This document shows, in pieces, positions 51,740 through 62,756 of a DNA stretch of 64,000 nucleotides; positions within the stretch are counted from its first letter, which is position 1, and the number at the start of each line of letters is the position of its first letter. Position numbers and translations under genes: made by a program. The DNA is from Mobula hypostoma (Eukaryota), in NCBI RefSeq assembly GCF_963921235.1, contig NC_086097.1:250110001-250174000 (forward strand). The letters are read 5' to 3'. Below the pieces are notes generated by a model. That model saw only the letters and a list, made by a program, of their open reading frames with translations. It did not search any database and was not told where the DNA came from.

Positions 51740-51950
51740 TGGCTGGCTGGTGGCGTAGTGGCATCAGCGCCGGACTTCGGAGCGAAGGCTCCCGAGTTCG
51801 AATCCAGCCGGCTCCCTTGCACACTTTCCATCCGTGCTGGGTTGAGCATCAAGCTAGCAACCCAGCCTCGTAAAAATAAGAAAGCCTGCTAAAAAAACGC
51901 CGTCATGATAGCGTTCCAAAGACTCCACTCGGAGTTAAGAGCTTTCTTCT
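51740..51950 (+). mobile_element. Short tRNA-derived SINE inserted in a CR1 fragment
   Basis: A box TGGCGTAGTGG, B box GTTCGAATCC, (TTC)n tail, perfect 12 bp TSD TCCATTTAGAAC (51728-51739, 51951-51962). Confidence 0.88.
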
Positions 51951-54265
51951 TCCATTTAGAACAGAGAGGAGGAGTTATTTCTTTAGCCAGAGGGTGGAGA
52001 ATCTGTGGAATTCATCGCCACAGACAGCATGTCAAGACATTGAGTACATTTGAAACAGAGATTGATAGGTCTTTGTTTTAATTGGGGCACCAAAGATTAC
52101 TGGGAAAAGGCTGGAGAATGGGGTTGATAAGGTTAATAAATCAGCTATTATGGAATGACAGAGCAGACTTGATGGGCTGAATGGCCCAATTCTGCTCCTA
52201 CATCTAACCGTACAGCAGGTCTGATAGGTTTTTGCTTTTTTTAAACGAAGTACACAATTAGGCACCTTGCCTGTATAACAAACTCTGGATTTGAAATGTG
52301 ACTTCTTTCCACGGTCGGACAAAGAGTTCTGTTGTTTGTTGAGGCTGCACTGGTTTGTTCCATACTGCTGATTGTGAATGAGAGATATTATCTCTGAGGT
52401 AGGCACGTTGCTGACCGTAGTTGTGCTTACATGATGTGTTGATAAGTACGTGTGCAGGAAGGTTACATGTCGACAAGTAGTGATCCCAATTCAACTTGCA
52501 GTGCTAATTTAATGCTAATGCTGTAATTTTATAAGATCACAAGATGAGAAGAGGCATTGATTGAACGGGAAGCCAGCACCTTTTTCCTCCAGAACAAGAG
52601 GGTGGGTCTCACCTATCACCTGCCAGCTTGTTCTCCTTCCCCTCCCACACTCTCTAATTCTCATTTCCTCCCCCTTCCTTTTCAGTCCTGATGAAGGGTA
52701 TCAGCACGAAACCTCGAGTGTTCATTCCTCTCCACCGATCCTATTTGACCTAGGGCCCCTCCACCATTTGGTGTGTGTTCCTTTGGATCTCCAGCACCTG
52801 CAGAACCTCTTGTGTGGAGAATTTTGAGTTGGTGGGAGGAAAGCACATGCAGCGTGTCAAAGGCAGGTTCTTTTTTACAGAGAGTGATGGGTGTCAACCG
52901 TGCAACGGGCTGTCAGGAGTGGTGGTAGAGGCGGTACATTAGAGACATTTAAGAGACTCTTAGATAGTCACATGGATGATAGAAAAATGGAGGGTGATGT
53001 GGGAAGAAAGGATTAGATTGATCTTGGAGTAGGTTAAAAGGCTAGCACAACATCATGGGCCGGAGGGCCTGTACTGTGCTATTTAGTATTCCAAATGTGT
53101 CTGCTGCAAACCGATGTGATGGTGTGAGTGAAAATAAATGAAACTGTTTGAAATGCCTGTGTCTAGAATCCTTATTTTTAATGAGCTATAAACCAGTAGA
53201 GCATTGTTTTGGTTGGCCAAGCTGGTGATTGTTTTACTGTTGAGGTGTGTAAATGGTGGACACCCAAAAACTACAGAAAGTGTGCAAACTGCTGGAAAAA
53301 CTAGACCGGAGACAGAACAAAGAGGAGTGACTAACCGGGCAGAGGGACAGGGTTAGCAGGAGAATTAGCATTCCCAACCTGTTCTGTTACACCAGTACAG
53401 TGGCCACTCAGTGCATCTTCAATGGTTTTCTGCTGCTGTAGCCCATCCGCTTCAAGGTCTGATGTGATGCACATTCAGGGACGCTCGTCTGCACACCGTT
53501 GTTCACAGAACTGTCACTCACTGTACCTGTGTTGTTTTTCACACCATTCTCTGTAAACAGCAGAGACTGTTGTGTGTGAAAATCCCAGGAGATCTGCAGT
53601 TTCTAAGTTACTCAAACAACCCTCTCTGGCACCAATAATCATTTCACGGTCAAAGTCACTTAGATCACATTTCTTCCCCATTCTGATGTTTGGTCTGAAC
53701 AACAACTGGAGCGCAAGAAAGAATTTGTATAATGCCTACAAGATGGCTTTTTAGAGCAGCTTGTGGTTGAGCCCACTAGGGGATCAGCTATTCTGGATTG
53801 GGTATTGTGCAATTAGGGAGCTTAAGGTAAAAGAACCCTTAGGTGAGAGTGATAAAAAAAAACAGAATTCACCCTGCAGTTTGAGGTAGAAGGTAAAGTC
53901 AGAAGTATCAGTATTACAGTGGAGTAAATGGAATTACAGAGGCATGACAGAGGAGCTGGCCAAAGTTAATTGGAAGGGGACACTAGCAGGGATGACGGCA
54001 GAGCAGCGATGGCTGGAGTTTCTGGGAGCAGTTTGGAAGGTGCAGGATAGATACATCCCAACGAAGAAGATGCACTCTAAAGACAGCCTGACAAGGAAAG
54101 CTAACGCCAACATCAAAGCCAAAGAGAGGGTATACAATATAGCACAAATTAGTGGGAGGTTAGAGGATTGGGAAGTTTTGAAAACCAACAGAAGGCAACT
54201 AAAAAGTCATAAAGAGGAAAAAGACAGAATACAAAGTAAGCTAGCCAATAATGGTAAAGAGTCTA

Positions 54266-56336
54266 TGAAGGTTCTTAGTCATCCAGGTTATTGTACATCA
54301 AGGCAACTGGACTTGCTGTGTTATCTAAAAGCTATTTCACTACGCATCTGAGAGGCTTCTTCAGTTCAGATCCTTGGTGAGTAGTTTTCTGGTTTATAAA
54401 CTCTGTGAGTTGTTTAAAGATATAGCAATCACATGAGGGTCTTTAAGAGTCATAGAGGTAATGAGAGGGTCATTAGTGTTATCTGCATGAATGGAGATGT
54501 GAACTGTTGTGGAGACGCTGGGGTAGAGATGTTAGGACTGAATTGTATGTAGCTGATCGGTGGTGTCATACCCACCCTCTCTGTTCAGGGATGGGTTTTT
54601 CACTTTGACAAAGATGCCTTCTTTAACCCCTCTTTCAAAACACCTGCCCTCCCTGTCCAAAATGTGCACATTGTTATCATCAAAAGAATGTCCCTTGTTC
54701 TTCAGGTGTTGATATACAGCCAAGTCTTGACCTGAGGTGCTAGCCCTCCTATGTTAACCCTCAGGACAAGACTTGCTGTATATCTACACCTAAAGGACAA
54801 AGGACACTCCTTTGATGATAACAATGTGCACATCCTTTCAGAATCAGAATCAGAATCAGGTTTATTATCACCGGCAAGAGACGTGAAATTTGTTAACTTA
54901 GTAGCAGCAGTTCAATGCAATACATAATCTAGCAGAGAAAAAAATAAATAAAATTTAAAAGAATAATAATAAATAAACAAGTAAACCAGTTATGTATATT
55001 GAATAGATTTTAACAAACGTGCCAAAACAGAAATACTGTATGTTTAAAAAAAGTGTGGTACTGTCCAAAGGTTCAATGTCCATTTAGGAATCAGATGGCA
55101 GAGGGGAAGAAGCTGTTCCTGAATCGCTGAGTGTGTGTCTTCAGGCTTCTGTACCTCCTTCCTGATGGTAACAGTGAGAAAAGGGCATGCCCTGGGTGCT
55201 TAATAATGGACGCTGCCTTTCTGAGACACCGCTCCCTGAAGATGTCTGTGTACTTTGTAGGGTAGTGCCCAAGATGGAGCTGGCTAGATTTACAACCCTC
55301 TTCAGCTTCTTTCAGTCCTGTGCAGTAGCCCCTCCATACCAGACAGTGATGCAGTCTGTCAGAATGCTCTCCATGGTACAATTATAGAAGTTTTTGAGTG
55401 TATTTGTTGACATGCCAAAGCTCTTCAAACTCCTAATAAAGTATAGCCGCTGTCTTGCCTTCTTTATAACTACATCGGTATGTTGGGACCAGGTTAGATC
55501 CTCAGTCATCTTGACATCCAAGAACTTGAAGCTGCTCACTCTCTCCACTTCTGATCCCTCTATGAGGATTGGTATGTGTTCCTTCGTCTTACCCTTCCTG
55601 AAGTCCACAATCAGCTCTTTCGTCTTACTGACATTGAGTGCCAGGTTGTTGCTGTGACACCACTCCATTAGCTGGCATATCTCACTCCTGTTCGCCCTCT
55701 CATCACCATCTGAGATTCTACCAACTATGGTTGTATCGTCAGCAAATTTATAGCTGGTATTTGAGCTACACAGTCATGTGTATACAGAGAGTAGAGCAGT
55801 GGGCTATGCACACACCCCTGAGGTGTGCTAGTGTTAATCGTCAGCGAGGAGGATATGTTATCACCAATCCACATAGATTGTTGGGAAGTCAAGGATCCAA
55901 TTGCAGAGGGAGGTACAGAGGCCCAGGTTCTGCAACTTCTCAATCAGGACTGTGAGAATGATGGTATTAAATGGTGAGCTATAGTCGATGAACAGCATTC
56001 TGATGTAGGTGCTTGTGTTGTCCAGGTGGTCTAAAGCCATGTAGAGAGCCATTATCTTTCTTAGATAAGGGGCCCAAAACTGCTCACAATACTCTGGCGT
56101 CTCCACAACAGTTCACACCTCCATTAATGCAACGATAAGACTAATGACCCTCTCATCACCTCTATGGCTCTTAATGACCCTTATGTGATTGCTATCCTCT
56201 TAAGCAACTCATAGAGTTTATAAACCAGTAAACTACCCACCGTGGATTGGAACTGAGGAAGCCTCTTGGATGAGTGGTGATGGGTTTTCTAGACAACACA
56301 GCCAGTCTAGTTGCCTTGATTTACCACTGCTTGATA
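54266..56336. mobile_element. Second Penelope family with inverted arms, interrupted by a Rex1-like LINE
   Basis: Minus arm 54266-54755 with ORF 54532-54723 (AVYQHL...HILDREGRCFERGVKE...PSLNR, GIY-YIG C-terminus); plus arm 54757-54835 resumes at 56097-56325; degenerate hammerheads CTGAAGAAGCCTCT...; 13/16 bp TSD at 54250-54265 and 56337-56352. Confidence 0.8.
54840..56050 (-). mobile_element. Rex1/Babar-like LINE 3' part
   Basis: ORFs 55861-56106, 55725-55943, 55312-55668, 55091-55381 ([29 protein letters not shown]); (TTCTGA)n tail at 54840-54858. Confidence 0.88.
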
Positions 56337-57269
56337 AATGTTAAAGAGGATACCAAAATTTTCTTCAAATATATATATATATATACACACACACACATAC
56401 ATACATACATAGTGAAAGAGAGGTGAGGGTAGATATTGGACTGCTGGAAAATGATACTGGAGAAGTAGTAACGGGGGACAAGAAAATGGTGGATGAGCTG
56501 AATAATTACTTTTCATCAGTTTTCATTGTGGAAGACACTAGCAGTATTCTGGAAGTTCAGAAGTGTCAGGGTGCAGAAATATGTGATGTGTGATCCCATG
56601 TGCAGGATTTCCCTAAATGTTAAGTTGCAGGTTGAGCTGGTGGTGAGGAAGGCAATGGCAATGTTAGCATTCATTTTGTGAGGACTGGAATATAAAAGTG
56701 AGGATGTAATTTGAGGTTTTGTAAGGCACTGGTGAGATCTCACTTGTGAGCAGCTTTGGGCACTGTTTCCAAGAAAGGATGTGCTGACATTGGAGAGGGC
56801 TTAAAGGAGGTTCACAAAAATGATTCTGGGATTGAAAGGCTTATCATATGAGTAGTGTTTGCTAGCTCAGGGCCTGTACTCTGGAATTCAGAGGAATGGG
56901 GAGGGGTCCCATTGAATGTTGAAACTCCTCAATGGAGTGGACGTGGTGAGGATGCTTCCTATAGATGGGGAAGTCTAAGACCAGAGGACACAGTCTTGGA
57001 ATAGAGGGATGTCCTTTCTGAACAGAGGTTTAGCCAAACAGTGGTGAATCAGTGGAATTTGTTGTCACAGGTGGCTGGGGAGGCCACGTCATTGTGTATT
57101 TTGAAGGCAGAGGTTGATAGATTCTTGAATGATCAGGGTATGAAGAGATATGGAGAGAATGCTGGAGATTAGGGCTGAGGGAAATAGATCAGCCATGATG
57201 AAATAGCAGAGCAGACTCGATGGGCCAAATGACCTAATTCTGCTCCTAGTGGAAAGGATGTTTCCAGTA

Positions 57270-57489
57270 ACACACATCAAAGTTGCTGGTGAACGCAGCA
57301 GGCCAGGCAGCATCTCTAGGAAGAGGTGCAGTCGACATTTCAGGCCGAGACCCTTCGTCAGGATGAAGGGTCTCAGCCTGAAATGTCGACTGCACCTCTT
57401 CCTAGAGATGCTGCCTGGCCTGCTGCGTTCACCAGCAACGTTGATGTATGTTGCTTGAATTTCCAGCATCTGCAGAATTCCTGTTGTTT
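57270..57489. mobile_element. 220 bp Penelope-derived hairpin insertion
   Basis: 90 bp inverted arms 57270-57359 and 57362-57451 folding back at the hammerhead core, plus a 38 nt tail; perfect 15 bp TSD AGGATGTTTCCAGTA (57255-57269, 57490-57504). Confidence 0.92.
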
Positions 57490-58174
57490 AGGATGTTTCC
57501 AGTAGTGGGTTAGTCCAGGACCAGAAGGCCCAGCCTCAGGAAAAATCCCCACTTAGAATGGGGATGAAGAGGAATGGCAGTGGTAACAAGTCATTGGGTA
57601 TATTTAAAGTGGAGGTTGATAGGTTCTTGATTTGTCAGGGCATCAAGGCTTTCAGAGAGAAGGCAGGAGAATGGGGTTGAGAGGGATAATAAATCAGCCA
57701 TCTTGATTCTGCCCCTACAGTATGCCTTGTGGTCTTATGAAGCCTATTGGATACTGAAAGGCCTAGGTAGAGTGGCCGTAGAGAGGATATTTCCAACACA
57801 GGGGAAGTCTAGGAGCAGAGTGTATAGCCTCAGAATAGAAGAACATGCATTTACAACGGATGAAGAGGAATTCCATTAGTCAGAGGGCAGTAAATCTATG
57901 GAATGTGAGTGGAAACCAGAGCACCCGGAGGAAACCCTTGTGGTCATGGGAAGAATGTACAGATTCCTAACAGGCAGTGGCGGGAATCAAACCCTGATCT
58001 TACAAAAAGCAATCACGCTAATTGCTTGGGCCGTGCCAAATTGCTGGCTTTCGCACGTGTTGTTGTCATATTCTATGCACATTATTGTGCAGGCCCTACA
58101 AATCGATTCTGAGGCATACTGTGACCAAATGGCTTTGCGCTCCTTGGCTGCCAGCAACTATCTGACCTCATACA

Positions 58175-58276
58175 AATCAATACCAGTATTGTAGCGAAGC
58201 ACTCCTCTGTTCCAGTCACTAGGACAATCAATACCAGTATTATAGTGAAGAACTCCTCTGTTCCAGTCACTAGGAC
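58175..58276. repeat. 51 bp tandem duplication
   Basis: AATCAATACCAGTATT...CCAGTCACTAGGAC twice with 3 substitutions. Confidence 0.9.
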
Positions 58277-58596
58277 AAACCAAAGGCAGTGCTGAGTAAC
58301 AACATGAAACTCTAGTGAGGAAAACAGACCCACACTTGTGTTAAAAGTAATGCTGTGGGACAAAGATAGTCAGAGCAGTTTGTCAGCACAGTGAAACAGT
58401 GTTCCCATTTCCCACACAGGTCCGGAACACCTTCAATACAGAGAAAATTTACATGGATGTTGCTGGACCATGACCTGAGTTACAGGGAAAGGTTGAATCG
58501 GCTAGGGCTTCATTCCCTGGAGAGAAGGAGAATAAGGGGAGATTTGATAGAGGTGGTTTTAGTTTTAATAGACCTGTAGTGTTTTCTAGAAGGGAG

Positions 58597-59165
58597 CTAT
58601 TGAAAAAGGCAGTTTTCAGGGTAGGTAGTGTCTACAGTAATTTTTTCCTGCCCATTTCTTTGTCCTGGAGTTGTAGAAGTCAGGCAGTGATGGTAGACTG
58701 CAGCCAGTGACCTTTTCTGGTGACCTGTCAGCTCACTGTAGTTTTTTTGTGTATTGTAAGAGGATGCTGCACCAAACCAGGCCGTAAAGGCTGATGTGAG
58801 GATGCTGTCTGTGATGGCAGTGTAGAATTGTAGCAGGATGTACTGGGGAGATGCCATTTTACCAACTCCGCAAGTACATCCTCAGCCAAGCCTTTTTGTT
58901 AGTGAAGGAGATATTGTCCCAAGGCCCAGGAACCTGAATGTTGAAAAGGTGCTAACTGTAGAGTTGTTGACATTGAGTGGGTGGATAGGAGTCACATTCC
59001 TCCTGAAGTTGATGCGTATCTCCACTGTTCAAGTTGTTGTGACGCTACTAGGTCATGAGCTTGTCTACTTCCTGGCAGTATTTGGATTTGTCACCTCTGG
59101 TGATTAGTCCGATAACAGTGGTGTAATTTGCAAACTTTATCAATTTAACAGGTGGATCACTAAAG
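58597..59165 (-). mobile_element. Old Rex1/Babar-like LINE fragment
   Basis: LIKFANYTTVIGLI and FYTAITDSILTSAFTAWFG remnants. Confidence 0.75.
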
Positions 59166-59175
59166 GTAGCATGAG

Positions 59176-59880
59176 GACCATAAGATATGGGAGCAGAATT
59201 AGGCCATTTGGCCCATCGAGTCTGCTCCACCATTTCATCATGGCTGATCCATTATCCCTCTCGGCCCCAATCGTTTACCTTCTCCCCATATCCCTTCATG
59301 CCCTGATCAGCCAAGAATCTATCAATCTCTGTCTTAAATATACCCAATCACTTGGCCTCCACAGCTACCTGTGGCAAAGAATACCACAGATTCGCCATTC
59401 TCTGGCTAAAGAAATTCCTCCAAATCTCTGTTCTAAAAGGACACCCCTCTGTGTCTGTGTCCTTTGGTCTTAGACTCTCCCACCATATGAAAAGTCCTCT
59501 CCACATCCACTCTATTGAAGCCTTTCAACATTTCATTACTTTTCAATGAGGTCACCCCTCATTCTTCTGAATTCCAGTGAGTAAAGGCCCGGAACCATCA
59601 AATACTCTTCATATGACAAGCCTTTAAATCCCAGAATCATTTTTGAGAACCTCCTTTAAGCCCTCTCCAAAGTGCACATCCTTTCTTTGGCAAGGGACCG
59701 AAAGCCCCAAGCAATACTCCAGGCAATACTCCAGGCAATACTCCAAGCAATACTCCAAGCAATACTCCAAGCAATACTCCAGGCAATACTCCAGGCAAGG
59801 CCTCACCAGTGCTTTATAAAGCCCCGGCATTACATCTTTGCTTTTATATTTTAGTCCTCTTGAAATTTATGCTAACATCA
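59176..59880 (-). mobile_element. Old CR1 3' fragment with an internal 12 bp expansion
   Basis: Antisense CR1 3' UTR and ORF 59624-59830. Confidence 0.82.
59708..59797. repeat. 12 bp tandem repeat, about 7 units, inside a CR1
   Basis: (GCAATACTCCAR)n; reads LEYC repeated on the minus strand. Confidence 0.95.
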
Positions 59881-59959
59881 TGGATGTTCATAAAGGGCAA
59901 ATGGAGCTTCCAAGCAGCATGTCCAGACAGACTCCATCATGGACTGATAGGTGACACGT

Positions 59960-60110
59960 CCCAGACAGCACCCAGATGATGAAAGATGTCTGTGGAGAAA
60001 TGTTGCCAACTGGCACATTCCAGGCTGCAGGAGCATGTGCTGAGGGGCACAGCCAAGCTTGGTTGCAGCCTCTGCAAGGGTTCAGTGGGGAAGGACCCAT
60101 GATATAGGTG
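59960..60110 (+). mobile_element. Degenerate Tx1/L1-like LINE ORF2 C-terminal remnant
   Basis: ...KCCQLAHSRLQEHVLRGTAKLG...QWGR resembles the end of Tx1-type ORF2 (recognition from memory only). Confidence 0.45.
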
Positions 60111-60879
60111 TCTTCCACTACTGAAGATGGAGGGGCTGGATTGGGCGAAGAAGACCCTCGTTTAGTGTATTAGTTAGTACTCCACCCCAGGGGGCCACAT
60201 GAGAGACAGCAGTGCTATTGATGTGCAGGAATGTAATTGAACAGGATGGAAAGCATTGACTATGAATGTAAAAATGAGAAGTCGGTGCACAGTTTCTTGT
60301 AAAGATTTAAAAAGTTCTGAATAATACTTATTTTGATATTAAAAAGTCTGCTTGATTACCACCCAATCAAACACTTTAAACAATCAGGTGATACGTGCGA
60401 GAGGTAAAGAGCTGAAGGAAAAAGAATTGAACGGAAGAGAAGAATTGACCATGGGAAAAGAGGAGCAGTGGGCACCACAGAACCTTTTTACTCCTTGATT
60501 TATCCTTCCCTTATCTTCATTCCTCATCCCACACCCACCCACCCACCTTCCTCCTCACATGGTCTCATCTATCACCTGAGACAGTTGACTCAGCCAACCA
60601 GAAAAGTTTTCCTTTACCCCCACACCTGTACGTCTTTGGAATGCGACCCAATGCAACCCTCAATTTAACCCTAACCTAATCCTCTAACTTTCCACTCATT
60701 TTTGCTAGACTGTATGTCCTCTCTTTTCCTTTTATGCTGTCTTTGCCTTCCCTTGTCAGCATTGTTGCCTCATCCTCCCTTTAGAATACTTACTCATCTT
60801 TGAGACGTATCCATCCTGTGCATTCCAAAATGCTGCCAGAAACTCTCATATTGATTATTCCTGCCCTTGAAAAAAAGTC

Positions 60880-62010
60880 CCTGTTGCACCCCGGTGACCC
60901 GGTGACCTGCTGACCCTGTGATCTCTGTATCAGGGGCTGATGTTAGGCTGTCTTTAAAGAGGATGAACCCTCGCAAGGCGGAAGGTCCTGATGGAGTACC
61001 TGGTAAGGCCCTGAAAACTTGTGCTAACCAACTGGCAGGAGTATTCAAGGACATTTTCAACTTCTCACTGCTACGGGCGGAAGTTCCCACTTGCTTCAAA
61101 AAGGCAACAATTATACCAGTGCCAGAGAAAAATAATGTGAGCTGCCTTAAAGACTACCTATCGCCCAGCGCACACATCTGCAGTGATGAAATGCTTTGAG
61201 AGATTGGTCATAACTAGACTGAACCTCTGCCTCAGCAAGCACATGGACCTACTGCAATAGGTCAATGGCAGATGCAATCTCAATGGCTCTTCACCTGGCT
61301 TTAAACCACCTGACAACACAAACACCTATGTCAGGATGCTGTTCATCAACTCAGCATTTAATACCATCATTCCCACAATCCTGACAGAACCTGGGCCTCT
61401 GTACCTCTCTCTGCAATTGGATCCTCAACTTCCTAACCAGAAGACCACAAGCTGTGCAGATTGGTGATAACATCTCTTCCTCGCTGACAATCAACACTGG
61501 CACACCTCAGAGGTGTGTGCTTAGCCCACTGCTCTACTCACTCTATACCTATGACTGTGTGGCTAGGCATAGCTCAAATACCATCTATAAATTTGCTGAT
61601 GATACAACCATTGTTGGTAGAATTTCAGATGGTGATGAGAGGGCGTACAGGAGCGAGATATGCCAACTAGTGGAGTGGTGTCACAGCAACAACCTGGCAC
61701 TCAATGTCAGTAAGATGAAGGAGCTGATTGTGGACTTCAGGAAGGGTAAGATGAAGGAATACATACCAATCCTCATAGAGGGATCAGAAGTGGAGAGAGT
61801 GAGCAGCTTCAAGTTCCTGGGTGTCAAGATCTCTGAGGATCTAACCTGGTCCCAACATATCGATGTAGTCATAAAGAAGGCAAGACGGCGACTGTACTTC
61901 ATTAGGAGTTTGAAGAGATTTGGCATGTCAACAAATACACTCAAAAACTTCTATAGATATACCATGGAGAGCATTCTGACAGGCTGCATCACTGTCTGGT
62001 ATGGGTGGAG
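60880..62010 (+). mobile_element. Rex1/Babar-like LINE RT fragment
   Basis: ORFs 60918-61199 (KAEGPDG, IIPVP) and 61454-62038 ([15 protein letters not shown]); same family as 54840-56050 in the opposite orientation. Confidence 0.9.
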
Positions 62011-62297
62011 GGCTATCCTCATAAGTCATGCTCTCTAATGCAATCAGCATCCTAGTAAACCCTTCATTCTTCAATAAATGCCAACAAATACATTCAGGCT
62101 CACACATAGAAGATGGTACTTACATAAAACCACAGGAATTACTGCCACTTTTACACAGAATTAAGCAGCAGCCTTAAAGAGAAAAGTAAGAATTAACTGA
62201 ATTAACAACTCTCCTACTGTGGTGTTTTTTAAATATTGTGAAGATAGTAGAACAGATAACATAACATTATTAGAATCAGAATCAGGTTTAATATCAT

Positions 62298-62750
62298 AAG
62301 ACCATATGATATAGGAGCAGAAGTAGGCCATTTGGCCCATTGAGTCCACTCCACCATTCTTTCATGGGCTGATCCAATTCTTCCAGTCATTCCCACTCCC
62401 CTGACTTCACCCCATACCCTTTGATGCCCTGGCTAATCAAGAACCTATCTATCTCTGCCTTAAATACACCCAATGACTTGGCCTCCACAGCCGCTCGTGG
62501 CAACAAATTCCACAGATTTACCATCCTCTGACTAAAGTAATTTCTCTGCATCTCTCTTCTAAATGGACAACCTTCAATCTTGAAGTCATGCCCTCTTGTC
62601 CTAGACTCCCCTACCATGGGAAATAACTTTGCCATATCTAATCTGTTCAGGTCTTTTAACATTCAGAATGTTTCTATGAGATCCCCCTTCATTCTCCTAA
62701 ACTCCAGGGAATACAGCCCAAGAGCTGCCTGACGTTCCTCATACGGTAAC
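62298..62750 (-). mobile_element. CR1 3' end fragment
   Basis: ORF 62387-62662 plus 3' UTR and tail. Confidence 0.85.
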
Positions 62751-62756
62751 ATAGTA

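Larger units (their letters stand above)
53718..57900 (+). mobile_element. Fragmented old CR1 cluster hosting nested Penelope and Rex1 insertions
   Basis: CR1 ORF2 remnants at 53718-54265 (ORF 53944-54351) resume at 56337 and run through several 3' fragments to about 57900. Confidence 0.75.

Noticed and set aside
51740..51820. Possible tRNA-Pro gene
   Set aside because: Imperfect cloverleaf, followed by a SINE body and tail, and bounded by a 12 bp TSD inside a CR1.
59624..59854. LEYC or QAIL repeat peptide
   Set aside because: 12 bp slippage expansion of the CR1 LEYC codons inside a dead copy.
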